The position numbers and the translations under genes were made by a program. Positions 39,481 to 52,400 of a stretch of 64,000 nucleotides of DNA are shown here, piece by piece. The notes under the pieces were generated by a model. That model saw only the letters and a program-made list of their open reading frames with translations. It was not told the origin of the DNA and did not search any database. Source of the DNA: Camelus ferus (Eukaryota); the NCBI RefSeq assembly GCF_009834535.1, contig NC_045707.1, positions 64,296,001 to 64,360,000 on the forward strand. The letters run 5' to 3'. How positions within the stretch are numbered: position 1 is the first letter of the stretch; each line of letters starts with the position of its first letter.

Positions 39481-40072
39481 TTTTTAAAACTTGTGAAAGC
39501 AAACGCTCCCTCCGTGGAGATGGAAAACAGCGTAACTTAACAACACATTGAGGCTACCTTGGGAGTCGTCGGTGGAGCAGCACCAGAAATGGTAAGTTCT
39601 TGGATCTCGGACACAGTGTTGTGTTCACTCTATCACATTTCTCTCACTTGTTAAAGAAATGCTTGTTAAAATTATGTTTGGTTGTTTCTGACAAGCAATA
39701 CACGTATAAAATTAATTGGAGAATGAGGTGATTCTGCACATTTGTTATTTAACTATGGTTGGCCAAGATAAAGATGACTATCTATTTTAAATAGCCCGCA
39801 TACCATTTCACTGGTAACAGAGATGAGGAAGTCATCTTTAGATTTTATACTGTGATTGATTTCAGGGCAAAAGAAAGAGGTGCATTACAACAGCAATGGT
39901 ACTATTACCAGGTCTCATAGTGTGGAAATGAAGTCTCAGTCTATGCTGAGTGTCTGTACAAATCCCATGGGGCAACTTTTTTTAGTGAGTCAGCCTTTCC
40001 AACACCTCAATCGCTTTTCCTTTTTTTCTTTTTTTGCTAGAGTTTATATTTATCAGTACCAGTTTGTGCTAA

Positions 40073-40178
40073 GAAGAAAGAAGGAAGGAAAGGAAGAAAG
40101 GAAGGGAGGAAGAAAAGGGAAGGGAGGGGAGGGAAAGGAGGGGAGAGAAAGGAAAGAAAAACAGAAAAGGGAAGAAAA
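40073..40178. repeat. Polypurine (GGAA/GA-rich) tract
   Basis: Read directly. Confidence 0.9.
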
Positions 40179-41162
40179 CCTAAAATACCTAACATTGAAT
40201 TATTAAGACTTCAAGATGCCAGGAATTGTGTCTCTGTAGTTTGAGTAACTTATCACCAGATAGCACTTTTACACACCCAGGAGTGCAGAATGTGCCATAA
40301 ATTTCCAGCCAGTACTATGAATTGTGACTCAAGTTTTCTTAAATAAGCTTGTTATTGGCAGAATACAGTTACATAACTTGGTCACTTGCTCTTCTCTACC
40401 AGAAATATTATTTGAACATGGAAATTCATGTTCAAAACCAAGCCTTTGATTCAATTTTTGATTCCTTTTACGCCAGCCCCAACCATATTCAAGGTGTTAT
40501 AGGCAACAGGAAGACAGATAAAGCTTATCTGAAGGGCTCTGAGGGAGATCAAGCTACATATAAATGCTAATATTGAAAACATTATAATTATAGTACAAAT
40601 AAAGTGCCTTAAAGTCTTGAGAAGATACTGATTCTTGCTGGTAAAATCAAGAAAAGTTTTATTGATGAAATATGAAATCCTCTGATTTTCTTTGTCTTGC
40701 AGTTAAATTGTAAATACACTGCCAGCATCTCTTCCAGTTAGAAACTTTCCATTTCTCCTCTTGAATGAGATGATGAAAGACTCAACATAAGTGCTCAAGT
40801 GTCTATCCCCTCTTCCCTGGCCAGTACACCCAATGTTGGTTCTGACTGTACTAGGCAGTTTCAGCCTGCTGAAAACTTCCATGAAGGAATCACAGCTCAT
40901 CTGTTCTTGAAACCAACTTAATACTAGTGTTCTTTACTTGTAATCCCTTCTTCTTCATGCCTCTCCCCCCAACTCCCCTTACATACTTGTATATAACAAG
41001 AATCCTCATCTTCCAGCCAGAAAATAACTAGTATTTATTGAAAGCCTATATGCACCAGGGCCAGTTAAAAACGTTTTATGTACATTGTCTCAGGATTTAT
41101 TACGTGTGATACAATTAAACTCTCTCATAACACTCACACAAGAATGTGCGTTTATTAGAGAG

Positions 41163-41400
41163 GAGCAGCGTGGCGTAGAATAGAGAGGTCAAGAATTTCA
41201 GCCTTGATTGACACAACATTGTAAAATAATTATAAATCAATAAAAAATGTTTTTAAAAAAAGAATTTAAGCCCTGAAATCAAACTGCCTGGATTTAAATC
41301 TTAGCTCTAGTGCATACTGTCTGTGTGTCCCTAGGCAAGTTAACGTACTTTCTCGTGCCTTAGTTTTCTCATTTGTACATGGGCATGATAATAGCATTGC
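41163..41400 (+). mobile_element. MIR interrupted by a short L1 tail
   Basis: gagcagcgtggcgtag...aactgcctggatttaaatcttagctct...ctaggcaagttaacgtactttctcgtgccttagttttctcatttgta. Confidence 0.8.
41208..41259 (+). mobile_element. About 50-bp young L1 3' tail
   Basis: ttgacacaacattgtaaaataattataaatcaataaaaaatg. 17-nt TSD at 41191-41207 and 41260-41276 with 2 mismatches. Confidence 0.85.
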
Positions 41401-41922
41401 TGTGGGCTTGGGCAAATTATATTGCCCTGAGATGGCTGGAATTACATCTCTCATCTCATATGTTCTTCTTACAGTGTGACTTTGCTATTTCCTCTCTGAG
41501 AGTTGGGATCTCTTCCTCCTGACGCTGGGAAGAATTCTGTGACTGCTTCAACCAATAAAGAGTGACAGAAATGAAGTTAGGTGACTTCCAAGGCTGGGTC
41601 AGAAACAACCATACTGCTTCTGCCTGGCTTTTTTGGGGGAGGCTCACTCTTAGACCCCAGACCCCGGGAGGAAGCCTGCGTATGTAGGCGTTCCAGCAGT
41701 CAGCCCTAGATGAGGTCCCAGCCAGTAGCCTACTATTCAGTGCTGAACATGTAAGTGAGAAGCCTTTGAGATGACTTCAGCCCAGGCACTGCCAGTGCAT
41801 GAGAGGTCCTGAGGGAGGATGGCCAGCTGAGTCAAACCATGAAAGATAATAATAAAATGATTGTTGTTCTAAGCCTCTACATTTTGGGGTGATTTATTGT
41901 AAAGCAATAGATAGTTGATACA
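41401..41922 (+). mobile_element. MaLR LTR (MLT1F/G/H-like)
   Basis: tgtgactgcttcaaccaataaagagtgacagaaatga...gacttccaaggctgggtcaga...aagcctctacattttggggtgatttattgtaaagcaatagatagttgataca. Confidence 0.8.
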
Positions 41923-42180
41923 GATCAGCTGGGATTTTGGTTGGAACTGCTAGATGCGGCCTCTTCAGGTAATCTGGGCTTCCTTACAGCATGGCGACTG
42001 GATTTTGAGAGCACATACCCCAGGGGCCTTGGAAGCTACATTGCGTCACTTCCTCTGTAGTCACAGACTCACTCAGATTCAAGGGAAGGGAACATAGATC
42101 CCACTTCTCAACGGGGTAGACGTAAGTGTCACACGTGGAATGAGAAATCTTACTGTTGCCATCGTGAAAAGCACAATCTC
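41923..42180 (-). mobile_element. MaLR LTR fragment (MLT1H-like)
   Basis: gggcttccttacagcatggcgactgg...cagattcaagggaagggaacatagatcccacttctc. Confidence 0.7.
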
Positions 42181-43594
42181 TTTATGGAACACGCACAAAT
42201 TAAATCTGGCATTGTTTTTAGAATACTGCCTAGATCAATTTTATGAATGTTATTTTTGGTAATTATTGCTCCCAGATATAATCTAGGACTAATGGTGCGA
42301 AGAGAAAACAATCTGAGTAGAAGTCAGCCAGTGATTAAAACAAGAATAAATGTGGACTGCCCCAGACATGCCAGGATATGGTCTCTCTCTGTATTTGATC
42401 CTTTTCCATGTCCTGGTCCCCTTTCCCCCTTCGTAGGAAGGTAACATTGTTATACAGTTCACGGGTGTATATCTAGAACTTTTTCTCTGTACTTACATTT
42501 GTAAGATTATACCGTTTTTGATTTTCATTATATTTTTCCAAAATATCATATTGTAATGTACTAATTTGCAGTCTTCTTGTTCGGTTTTGATCTTTTGTCC
42601 TTTTTGTTTACTTAATCTTGCCTTAGGACACCTGCCATGCTAGTGTATGAAAATCTCCTTCATTCCATAGTTCCCCTCCCCCCCCAGTAATAGCCATTCG
42701 ACTTGTTGCCAATTTTTCATTCTGTAAACAAAGCCAGGGTTTGCATATTTTCACTTTTAACAGAGCCTCCCAAGTTGTCCACCACAGTGGCTGTGCTGAT
42801 CCACACACCCATCTGCACTGCAAGGAGCACATGTTGCCTCATATCCTGGTTGACAGTGGGTAGTATTAAAATTTTACACTTTGCCTCCCTGTGAGATCAA
42901 AAGCTGGTAAGTTATTTTATTTTAATTTCCATTTTTGTGACTGTCAGCAAAAGAGAACATATTTTTATGTTTGTGGGTCAGTTAAGTCTCTTACTATGTT
43001 TCTATCCCTTGCCTCATTTTTTCTGCCGGGTTGTTCGTCTCTAGCTGATTGGTTTTGAAGGGGATATGCATATAAATTATGTAACACAGTCACGTTTTCC
43101 TGGATATTAATTGACTGTCTGCTATACATGTTGCAAATATGAGCACCCAAGGTAATAATTACTTTTTCACTTCACTTTTCATTTCGATGTAGACGAAGTT
43201 GTCGATTTTTTCCTTTATGGCGTTTACCTTTTGTGTTTTGCTCATTAAGGTCTTCTTTTCCCCCAAAGCATAAACACACCCCACCGTATTCATTACTAAT
43301 ACTTCAGTATTTTCATTTAGGTTTTTGGACTAGCTAGAATTGATTTCATTTAATGGTTTGAGATAATGCCTCTACTTCTGTACCTTTTCCTTTACCTAAA
43401 ATATTGAGGGAGTTCGCCATCCTTTCCCACTGGTTTGAAATGCTGGCCTTTATCATATATTAAATTATCACACACACCTGAGTAAAATTCCATATTTTTC
43501 CATATTTCCAGAATGGAAAGTTCAGAACTTCACTCAGATATATATGATTAATCCATTTTGTCCTGTATCATGCATGCTACTTTGTCGCTATTTT

Positions 43595-43730
43595 ATTATT
43601 ATTTGGGAGGGGAAGAGGGGAAAGGTAATTAAGTTTATTTATCTATTTTAGATGGAAGTACTGGGGATTGAACCCAGGACCTCATACTTGGTAAGCATGT
43701 ACTCTACCACTTGAGCTATACCCTGCCCCC
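43595..43730 (-). mobile_element. tRNA-derived SINE (camelid-type)
   Basis: aggtaattaagtttatttat...gtactggggattgaacccaggacctc...agcatgtactctaccacttgagctataccctgcccc. Same family as 11648. Confidence 0.9.
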
Positions 43731-44236
43731 ATCACTATTTTAATTTTAGCGCTATACTTTTTTTGATGTCTAGTTGAGTACATCACATAATGGCTTTCTT
43801 CCTTTTCAAGCTTGTCCTGGTTATTCTTAAGCATTGGCTCCACCATATGAAACCACTGTATCAAGTTCCATGAAATTCTGGTGGGGATTTTCGTTGCAAT
43901 TTTATTTAATTCATAGACTGTGAGTAATTAAAATATTTACAATATTGAGTATTCCTATCCATAAATACAGTTTACTTTCCACTTATTAAGTTTTTCTTTA
44001 GATCCTTCAGTAATATTTTATAGATTATCATAACTTGTTACACAATTATTGGTACATATAATTCAATAAAGTTTTTATTGCTTCTTAAATGCAGTCTTTT
44101 AAAATATTTACATAATCTGTTTTGTGTGTGTATGTAATGGAAAGCTATTAATTTTTCTTTGCTATCTTTCTGTCTGGTTACCTTACTGAATTCTAGTTCA
44201 CACAGTTCTAGGTAAATAACTTTATCTGTTTCTTTT

Positions 44237-44333
44237 TATTTATTTATTTAACATTTTTTATTGATTTATAATCATTTTACAATGTTGTGTCAAATTCCGG
44301 TGTTCAGCACAATTTTTCAGTCATACATGGACA
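44237..44333 (-). mobile_element. Short young L1 3' tail
   Basis: Perfect 14-nt TSD tatctgtttctttt at 44223-44236 and 44334-44347. Confidence 0.9.
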
Positions 44334-45065
44334 TATCTGTTTCTTTTGAATCTATGTATTTACAATTTATATACAATTTATTTATTGTCTTCAGTATTCT
44401 CGCCTACCGATGTTTGAATTAACGTTTTCTTTCTTTTTGCTTATCTAAATTTTCTGCAAATAAACAGAAAAGTCAGAAAAGAATCAGTAAGTATTGTTTT
44501 TAAGGAAAAGGCTTTAGTGGCATTTCATTTTTCTTAAGTATCCCTAATTTTTAAAAATATATGTTGGAGAAGATAATTAAATATTTAATTTCAAATTTTA
44601 ATTCACTGTCTTTTACTACTTTTTTCAAAAACTTGTTGTGTTTTATTTCTTCTGTTAATTCTTTTAGAAAAACATTCAACTTTAATATTTGTTCTCAGGA
44701 TCTATTTAAATCTGCTTCATGAAGTTTATGTTCACTACATTTACTCTTGGTTTTTGAACACAAAAATGGAGCTTGTAGCTCCATCTGGATTCTGAAGATG
44801 ATCATTATACTTCCTCTTCCTGAGATTTAACTAGTCAAGCTAGCTTTACTTGAAACTTATCAGCAGCACTGAAAGGCATTATATTTACATGAAGTTTGGT
44901 CTTATTTATTTGCCTTTGCATCACTCTACCTAATTGCTCCCTTGTGTTTCATTTCAACCATTAAGTTCAGTGATTTACTTTTGCAAATTGTTTATGGAGA
45001 GTTATCAATTTCTTTCCCCAAATTTCCACATTTACTATGGTTTATTTTCCTGTCATCGTGTATGA

Positions 45066-45100
45066 GTGTGTGTGTATGTGTGTGTGTGTGTGTGTATGTC
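45066..45100. repeat. Imperfect (TG)n microsatellite
   Basis: Read directly. Confidence 0.85.
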
Positions 45101-46759
45101 TGTCTGTATATGATGTACATGAATGTATGTGTACACAGATTTAACTCACACACATACATTACTGTGTATCAGTGTATCTCAAGTGGGCTTTCGTGACTTC
45201 TCAGAGAACATCTGGAATCACTTTCCTGTAACATTGTTTCCAAATAAGTTGTGATACATATTTTAAGAGGAGAGCCAATATTTCACTTTTAATTAAAAAT
45301 AATATTCTCTAAATATTACAGGAATCCAGTACTACCTTTGCATATTTCAGTAGGCATAAGCTGTGTCTGCCAATCTAGGCATCCTTCATCACTGGTGATG
45401 AGTTATTCTATAACATGAAGTCAATTGATAGTTGTTTCTATGAGAATGGGGTCCATGGATACCTTTTACTTGCAGTGAGTGTGTATCTGTTATATGGTTT
45501 TTGGCATTGATCAGAGGAAAGGAAATAAAATGTGACTGGATAGTTAACCTGTCCAAATTCTCTATCTTTCTCTGTGTCTTGCATATGTCATTGTTAGTTT
45601 ATAAATCCATGCAGTGGTGAGATATTTGCTGTACCTGGAGTGGTTGGATATACAAAGTCCAGTCCCAAAAGAACAATGATTTCCTACATAATTCCTACAG
45701 AGAATTATGACTGTAATTTTGAGAGCTGTTTTTAGAGAAAAGTGGTATTTTGGCTTATGGAGCTTAGACCAGGAAAAATGGCATTTCTCCAGATATTACC
45801 CTTAAAAATCAAAATCTATGAGACTTCTAATAAACAGCCTACTCAGTAAACGTTAGTAGCAATTAAGAGCCATTGCAATTTCTTTTTCCTGAATGACAGT
45901 TACTTAACTTTGATAGAGTTTCCAGTTAACTTCATTTCAAATATTTGAGCTCATTTCAAATTACTTTTTATCCTTTCATGTATTATTTAGCTACTTTTAC
46001 TCTCCTAATGGTCATCCTTGAGAGCATATTTCCACAGTATGTCTTTAAAAAGGTCAACTCCCTGAAGTGGAAAAAAAAATGTAAAAAGAGTCTCCAAACT
46101 TGAGTTGGTTTTTCTCCATCTCCTTCAGCATAGAGAAATTAATAAATTCAGCTCAGCGGAGCGGGTTGGATGTTGTGATTATTGATGCAGATTATCAGCC
46201 TGTGTTGTTCCAGGTTGAAAAGAAGATGACAAAGTACGATTTTTGGCAAAGTTCTTGTGCTACTTTGACACATAGCATTGCAGGCATTGATTTTTATTCA
46301 CATGATTATCACATCAGTGAAGAACTAAAATCAATGTTTGTATGAGTTCCTTTTCAAATAACAAAAGAGCGATGACTTTTTCTGAAACCCTCTAATGTAG
46401 ATTCAAACTGGTCATAATGTACAAATAGACCCCTCCACTGGTGAACCACCCTTAGGCCCTGATGAGCGCTCAAAGGGTTAAAGGGTGCTTGAACAGAGAG
46501 GGCAGCTTCTCCCTTTAAACTTCCCTCTGGTTTTCTCCCTTCTCTTTGTCTACATTCTGATGTTCTGCAGTCTCTCCTGAAACTCCCTTCGGCATCTGTA
46601 TTTTATTCTAGCTCTGTCCTGCAGTACTGCTGGCATGGCCAAGGAGAAGAGGCTGAAGTTAGGCAGTTGCCTCTGGCACCATGCCTGTTCCCAAAGGTGA
46701 CCAAAATTTGATGACAGTAGGAAAAGATCTACAGTGTCATGCCTTGTATATGAGCCAGT

Positions 46760-47620
46760 TTTTTTTTTTTTTAACTTTCTGTTGTGTACTTTATATCTTT
46801 TTAAGAGAAATCCTACATATCTTAAAATCAAGGATATTCTCGTATATTAAGGTTTATATTTTTCTTTTCTCCATTTAGATCATTAATCAAAGTGGAGTTT
46901 CTTTGTTGACAGGACAAGGTAGAAATCCAACTACTCTCCGCTCCCCCCTCCCCCCCCCCGCCATGTGGATAATCAGGTGGCCCAGTACCATTTGTTTGCT
47001 GGTCATCTTCACTGATTTGCCTCTGTGTTGTATGTCATGTGTATCTAGAAATAACGAACTCTCTATTCTGTTCAATTGGTGTCTTTGTCTTTCTGTGCCC
47101 CCTGCCATACTCTGTTCATTATTATGGCCTTATAATTATTCTGGAGTGATACCTGAAGAATGAGTAGTCACATATTCTTCTCTTTCAAGGCCATCTTAGG
47201 TACTATACATTGCTTTCATATAAACTTTCAAATCATGATCACTTTTATAAAAGTATCTAGTGAGATATTGTTTAAAATGACATAAAACTTGTAGATCTAT
47301 TTGAAAAGAATGGAAATCTTTATTGAGTCTCCCAACCAATCAGCGTGGGTTGTCTATCCATTTATTTAGGTCTTTTTAAAAGTCTTTCAATACAGTTTAA
47401 AACTTTTCTTCAGGAAGATTTTGTGTATCTCCAGTAAATTTATTTGTAGCTGTTTTACGTTTTTTGTGGCTAAGTGACAGATTTTTAAAATTCCAGTGTC
47501 TAATTCTTCCATTGATACTAATATGTAGAAATATAAACATTTTCTACATTTATTTTTCATTCTCCAAACTTGGTCACTATCCTATTAATTCTAATAATTT
47601 ATCATTTGGCTCTTCCGTAT
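46760..47620 (-). mobile_element. Old L1ME ORF2 fragment
   Basis: gaaatctttattgagtctccca...tccatttatttaggtcttt, gatactaatatgtagaaatata. Confidence 0.7.
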
Positions 47621-47644
47621 ACACAGCCTTATTGAATGGCAGAG

Positions 47645-47850
47645 GTTGGCACTCTTGCTCCTTGAGCTTCTGGGCTTGGCCTGAACTACATCACCAACTT
47701 TGCTGGTTCTCCAGTTTGCAGATGGCTGATTGTGGACTTCGCGGCCTCCATAACCATGTGAGTCAATTTCTATAATAAATCTCCTCTTGTATATATCTGT
47801 ACATTTCCATCCAGTTGATCCTGTTTCTCTGGAGAATCCTGACTAATACA
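47645..47850 (+). mobile_element. ERVL MLT2-type LTR 3' part
   Basis: tggttctccagtttgcagatggc...gcctccataaccatgtgagtcaatttctataataaatctc...ctgtttctctggagaatcctgactaataca. Confidence 0.85.
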
Positions 47851-48038
47851 GAGGCAGGTTCTTCCCCATAGCCTCCAGATCAGAGCCCAGCCTAGCCCAC
47901 AGGTGGATTATAATCTTGGGAGGTCCTGATAAGCCCCCTCAGACTTCTAACACACAGAGCTGTGAGATAATACATGAGTGCCGTTTTGAGCAGCGAAGTT
48001 TGCGGTAATTCATTACATACCAAAGGAAAACGAATACA
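47851..48038 (+). mobile_element. MaLR MLT1 LTR 3' part
   Basis: agacttctaacacacagagctgtgagataatacatgagtgccgttttgagc...aaaacgaataca. Confidence 0.75.
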
Positions 48039-48739
48039 CTTACTTTTTTTTTTTTTTTCTGATTTCTAGTTAAATCACATCTTGGTTAGAGACTATGACA
48101 CATACATGGATACATAGATACTATGAGTGTTACAAACTTTTGGACATTTGTTAAGACACATTTTATGACCCAATGTGTAGTCATCTTTTGTAAAAGCATG
48201 GTGTGTCCTTGATAAAAATATGCCTTCCGCCAGTGTTCAACACTGTCACACACACTCGTAGACACACACACATTCTCTAGATAAAACTTGTTATTTGTGC
48301 TGTTCACATCTTCTCTTCTGTATCTTTAAGGTTTGATTGTTTCTGCCTGCTTGATCTGTCAGCTTCTTAAAAATGTGCATTAAAATCTTTCATTATTCTA
48401 GTAAATTTTTCCATTATTAAGGCAACCATTATTAACTGTGGTCCATGTGGATTACATTTTCACATGTGCAAATATCTTTTTGTAGGAGAAGGTTATAGTC
48501 CTGACCAGACCCATCTCAAGAAAGGAAGAGAGGTTCTTCTAATATTAAAACAAACAAGTAAGTAAATAAATGTATCAGTAGCATTTTATTCAGTTTGGAA
48601 ATCTGAATGAACCACCATAAACTACGCTTACTATGGAGCACAACTAAGGAACAAATAGAAAAATAACTAATATTTTTCATGTGAGGAAAGAAAGCATTGA
48701 AAGTTTGAAATTATTTACCCTGAAAATAAGACGTGCCCT

Positions 48740-48892
48740 GGAATCAGTCATGGAATTTTAGTGCGTGTCAGTGTACCCTCCTTAATATTCTAATTTAGTA
48801 AGTTTAGGGTGGAGCCAGAGAATATGAATTTCCAGTAAGCACCTCAAATGTTGAGACAGCTGGTTCATGAACAACGATTTGAAGCGTACTGC
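48740..48892. mobile_element. MER5-like hAT-Charlie fragment
   Basis: ttctaatttagtaagtttagggtggagccagagaatatgaatttccagtaagcacctca. Confidence 0.55.
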
Positions 48893-48979
48893 CTTAAATC
48901 CTCTCACTGCGTGTAAAGAACACGGTAACCATTTCAGGCACTAGCATAGCAGAGGAATGAGTTTACTTCTTTCTCCCTT

Positions 48980-49455
48980 TGGCTTTGAAGTGAGACAGCT
49001 TGGGTTTAGACGCCTGCCCTGCTGCCTTGCTGGTCTATGTTCCCAAATTGATTAGTAACCCTTTTTGAACCTCAGCATCTTCCTCTGTATAGCACGCGTC
49101 ATGATACCTACCTTGCAAGATCATTGTAAAGATGAATGATCTACATATGGTGTAGCACATAGTATTTTAGTGATTACTTTTATTTAGCATTTATAATTTA
49201 TACTCTAAGTAAGAAAGACAATTTGTGGTACTTTGTCATTCTATAATAAATTTTTACATATAATGATTATTTAATTTTTATCCAACCTTGAGAAGCAGTT
49301 CTTCTTTTTTTTTTTTTTTTTTTTTTCATTTTCCATATTAAGAAACTGGTGTTCAGGCAGATTAATGACTTCGCCAAAGCCAGGCAGCTAGGACTCAGTA
49401 AGTGCCCCAAATCCTTGGACTCCATGTCCAAATTTCTTTTCATTAGACCACACTA
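48980..49455. mobile_element. Two adjacent MIRs (+ then -)
   Basis: ggctttgaagtgagacagcttgggttt...gaacctcagcatcttcctctgta. Then gaaactggtgttcaggcagattaatgacttcgccaaagccaggcagctag. Confidence 0.65.
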
Positions 49456-52400
49456 AATTTCTTTGAAATAAATACTTGTTAATATATTATTTGTAACCTA
49501 ATATAATTAATATTTCGAGTCGGTCACATATAACTTGTACATCAAGGCAATGTTGTAGGTGAAATATGATTCCTATCTAATAATTTATTTGGTAAATAAG
49601 TAGATACTGTCTCTGAGCACTGTATTTGCCAATGTAACACATTATGATTTATTATCCAAAGTACAGTTTTGTAATTGCAACGTGATATGATGGATACACT
49701 CACCATTTTTCATGTGTATGTGTGTATATTTATCTTTGAATAACAAAGGAGCAAACATTTCTACCCTAGCAATGTTTAAATTAATCTGGGCCTAATTTGT
49801 TTGGATGCATATTTATCACCATCTTTACATGGGTTTCACTTGCACGATTTCTCAGCGACCGCTCAAAGCAGAAATGTTTCTAAGAAATTAATATGCATTT
49901 ACATAGACTCAGAGCCTTTGTATTATTACATATTCTTAGGTCACAGGAAAGTTGTTAATAGGGATGGAATGCCACATGAATGTTACTGAATGAATATGCG
50001 CATGTTAAGACTGGGACCAATTAAATACCCTGACATAGCAAACTGGAAGTAAAAAACTGAGTCAATCAAAAGATCTGAGTTCACGTCCCACATAATTGGC
50101 TGGTTGTTGTGGTGCCATATAAACACAGTCTTAGTTTATTCCTTTGTGCTGATGAGGTTGACATGAGTAAAACTTAATTTAAAAACTTAAGAAAGGCTAG
50201 AAGTTTCTGTGACAGTTACTGGAAGTTTTTCAACTCCCCCCTCTTTCTGGGCCGTTGTGTTAGTGACTGTGGTTTTTGACTCACTGACAGTTGGAAGAAA
50301 CTTGAGAACTTTTACAGGCTGCCGTTTCTTCTCTATTAGAGCTAATCTTTGTCGGGCTGTTGGCAGTATCATTTGGCTTAAGACTGTGGTGAAGCTTAAA
50401 ATGAGTATCATTTATTCCTAGACTGCCTAACACTACTGCTTTGATCTAGTTGTTGGGGAAAATGTGCAGGTTCTATTGGAGTTAAAGTTGTACCTTTTGA
50501 GCAAACATGTTTTCTGATTTTCTTAAGCGATGAGAGAAGTTTCATGGGGAATTGAATTTTAATCAAAGAATCTGATTCAGAAATTTCTGCTATTGTAAAA
50601 GAGGGAGTTTTTTTCCCTGCCATTGAAAAATATATTTTCTCATGTGTACTGTAGCCTGCTTTATTGCTAAGAATATTTCAAGGTTTGATCTTTAAAAATG
50701 TGGATCATAAAGGCATCCCCCACACTGGCCCAAACAATGTCTCTGATGCAGTCGCTTTTATTTTTTCTTGTCTGAAGAAATAGGATAATGTATTAAAGGT
50801 GACAATTGGCCATAATTATTAGGAGAACCTGGGTTGTCCGATGGGTTCATGAGAACAACATGCTATGAGAGGTTCTGGAAGGTGCCTGTCTGGAACAGCA
50901 CTGATGGGCGAGTTCTTAGGCAGTTGACTGAATGCACATTTAACCCCTTACTCCTGGCTAACCTTGCTCAAGCTGGATCTTCTACTTCATACCAACCCAA
51001 CTCATGTTGTGTGACTGCCTCACAAAGGCACAGTGAAAAATAAAATGGTTTTGTTACCCCTGAGTTGCTGGATCCTTTCAGTTTGGCATTAGCTCTAGAC
51101 TTTTTTAAATGAAAGGTTTATGAAAATCTGATTTGCTCAGGCGGTGTTGAAACAGACATGGAGGCTGTGACTTGCTCAAGGTCACACAACTAGAGGCAGA
51201 GCCAGGACTTGTCTCCAAATTTACACAAGTGCTCTTTTTTCCCAAGCAACAGAGCCAATATCAAGTTCTTTACATCATCAGAGAATGCAGCAAAACAAGC
51301 AAGGTCTCTCTCCAAAGCAAGCCCTATCCTTTCCTAACTGTACTCTGAGATATCAGAAACAGAGCATGTTTGATTTTCGACCCTGAATCATCCACATGTA
51401 TTTATTTTAAAAATGGTAACCCTTGTGTTAGATTGTGCAGACCTACATGGTCACATTACAATTCATTGAGAATTTAGGACAGATAAGGCATTTACTGGAA
51501 AGTCATCTTCTGCTCAGCTCCAGTTCTTAAGTGAATCCATTTATCTGTAGCACTAAATTTCATATCTGTCCAAATTTTCTCTTCCTGTTAGCTATAACTA
51601 AAGCTAAATGAGATTTGAAAGCTTTAAGGTAATGTCAACTAAGCTGATAAGACAAGTAACTGACATAAGTAGTTGAATGGCATGGTTAAATGGTCATGAT
51701 GTAAACCATGAATATCAAATTTCCTGGCCCCACTCTTTTGAAGTGGTCCAGATCCAAAGAAGGGAACTTTGAAAGGATATAGAACTGAAAATAATGGCCA
51801 TGAGCATGTTTATACAAAAATGAACTTTTACCTTCTACCCTGGGAAGCAGAAAGAAATGGACAGAGGCAGGTCATGTCAAGAAGAGTCAGGTATTTGATT
51901 TGCATTTTGTGCTTTGATGGAGTTTAAGGGACGGTGCCGGGGAGACCCTGCCTGATGGAGGGGCTTGAGGGAGCTTTCATCATCCTACTCGGGGAGGTTG
52001 TCCAACCCTGTATGAGTCCCCATAGGCAGTCCCAAGGCCATCGTGTAGTTAACTTCATTCCAAATGCAGCAAGAGCAACCAAAAGAAAACATTTAATACT
52101 GAAAGCAATTTTAAGAGAGGTAGTTAGATGAGAAAAGAAGGAAGAGGTGGAGGAGGAAGGTGAGGAGGAGGAGGAAAAAAAGAGAGATTGGTATCAGTCT
52201 GTGGAATATGTCAACCTCAAAAATTACAGCCCCAAACTAGATGACTCTAACTCTTGAAACACCGTCTGTGACCTCAGTTTGAAACTCATTTATAAAAAAA
52301 TGGAAGTAATGTGTTCTTTAAGAAACAAAGGGACACATATTAGGCAACTTCTTTCTTGTCTAGGTTGGGTATTCTGGACTGAAGTCCTACAGAGTTCTTG

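Larger units (their letters stand above)
42400..44420 (-). mobile_element. Old L1ME-type element, host to a SINE and an L1 tail
   Basis: Extended antisense L1 motifs, e.g. atatttacaatattgagtattcctatccataaa. Confidence 0.7.
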
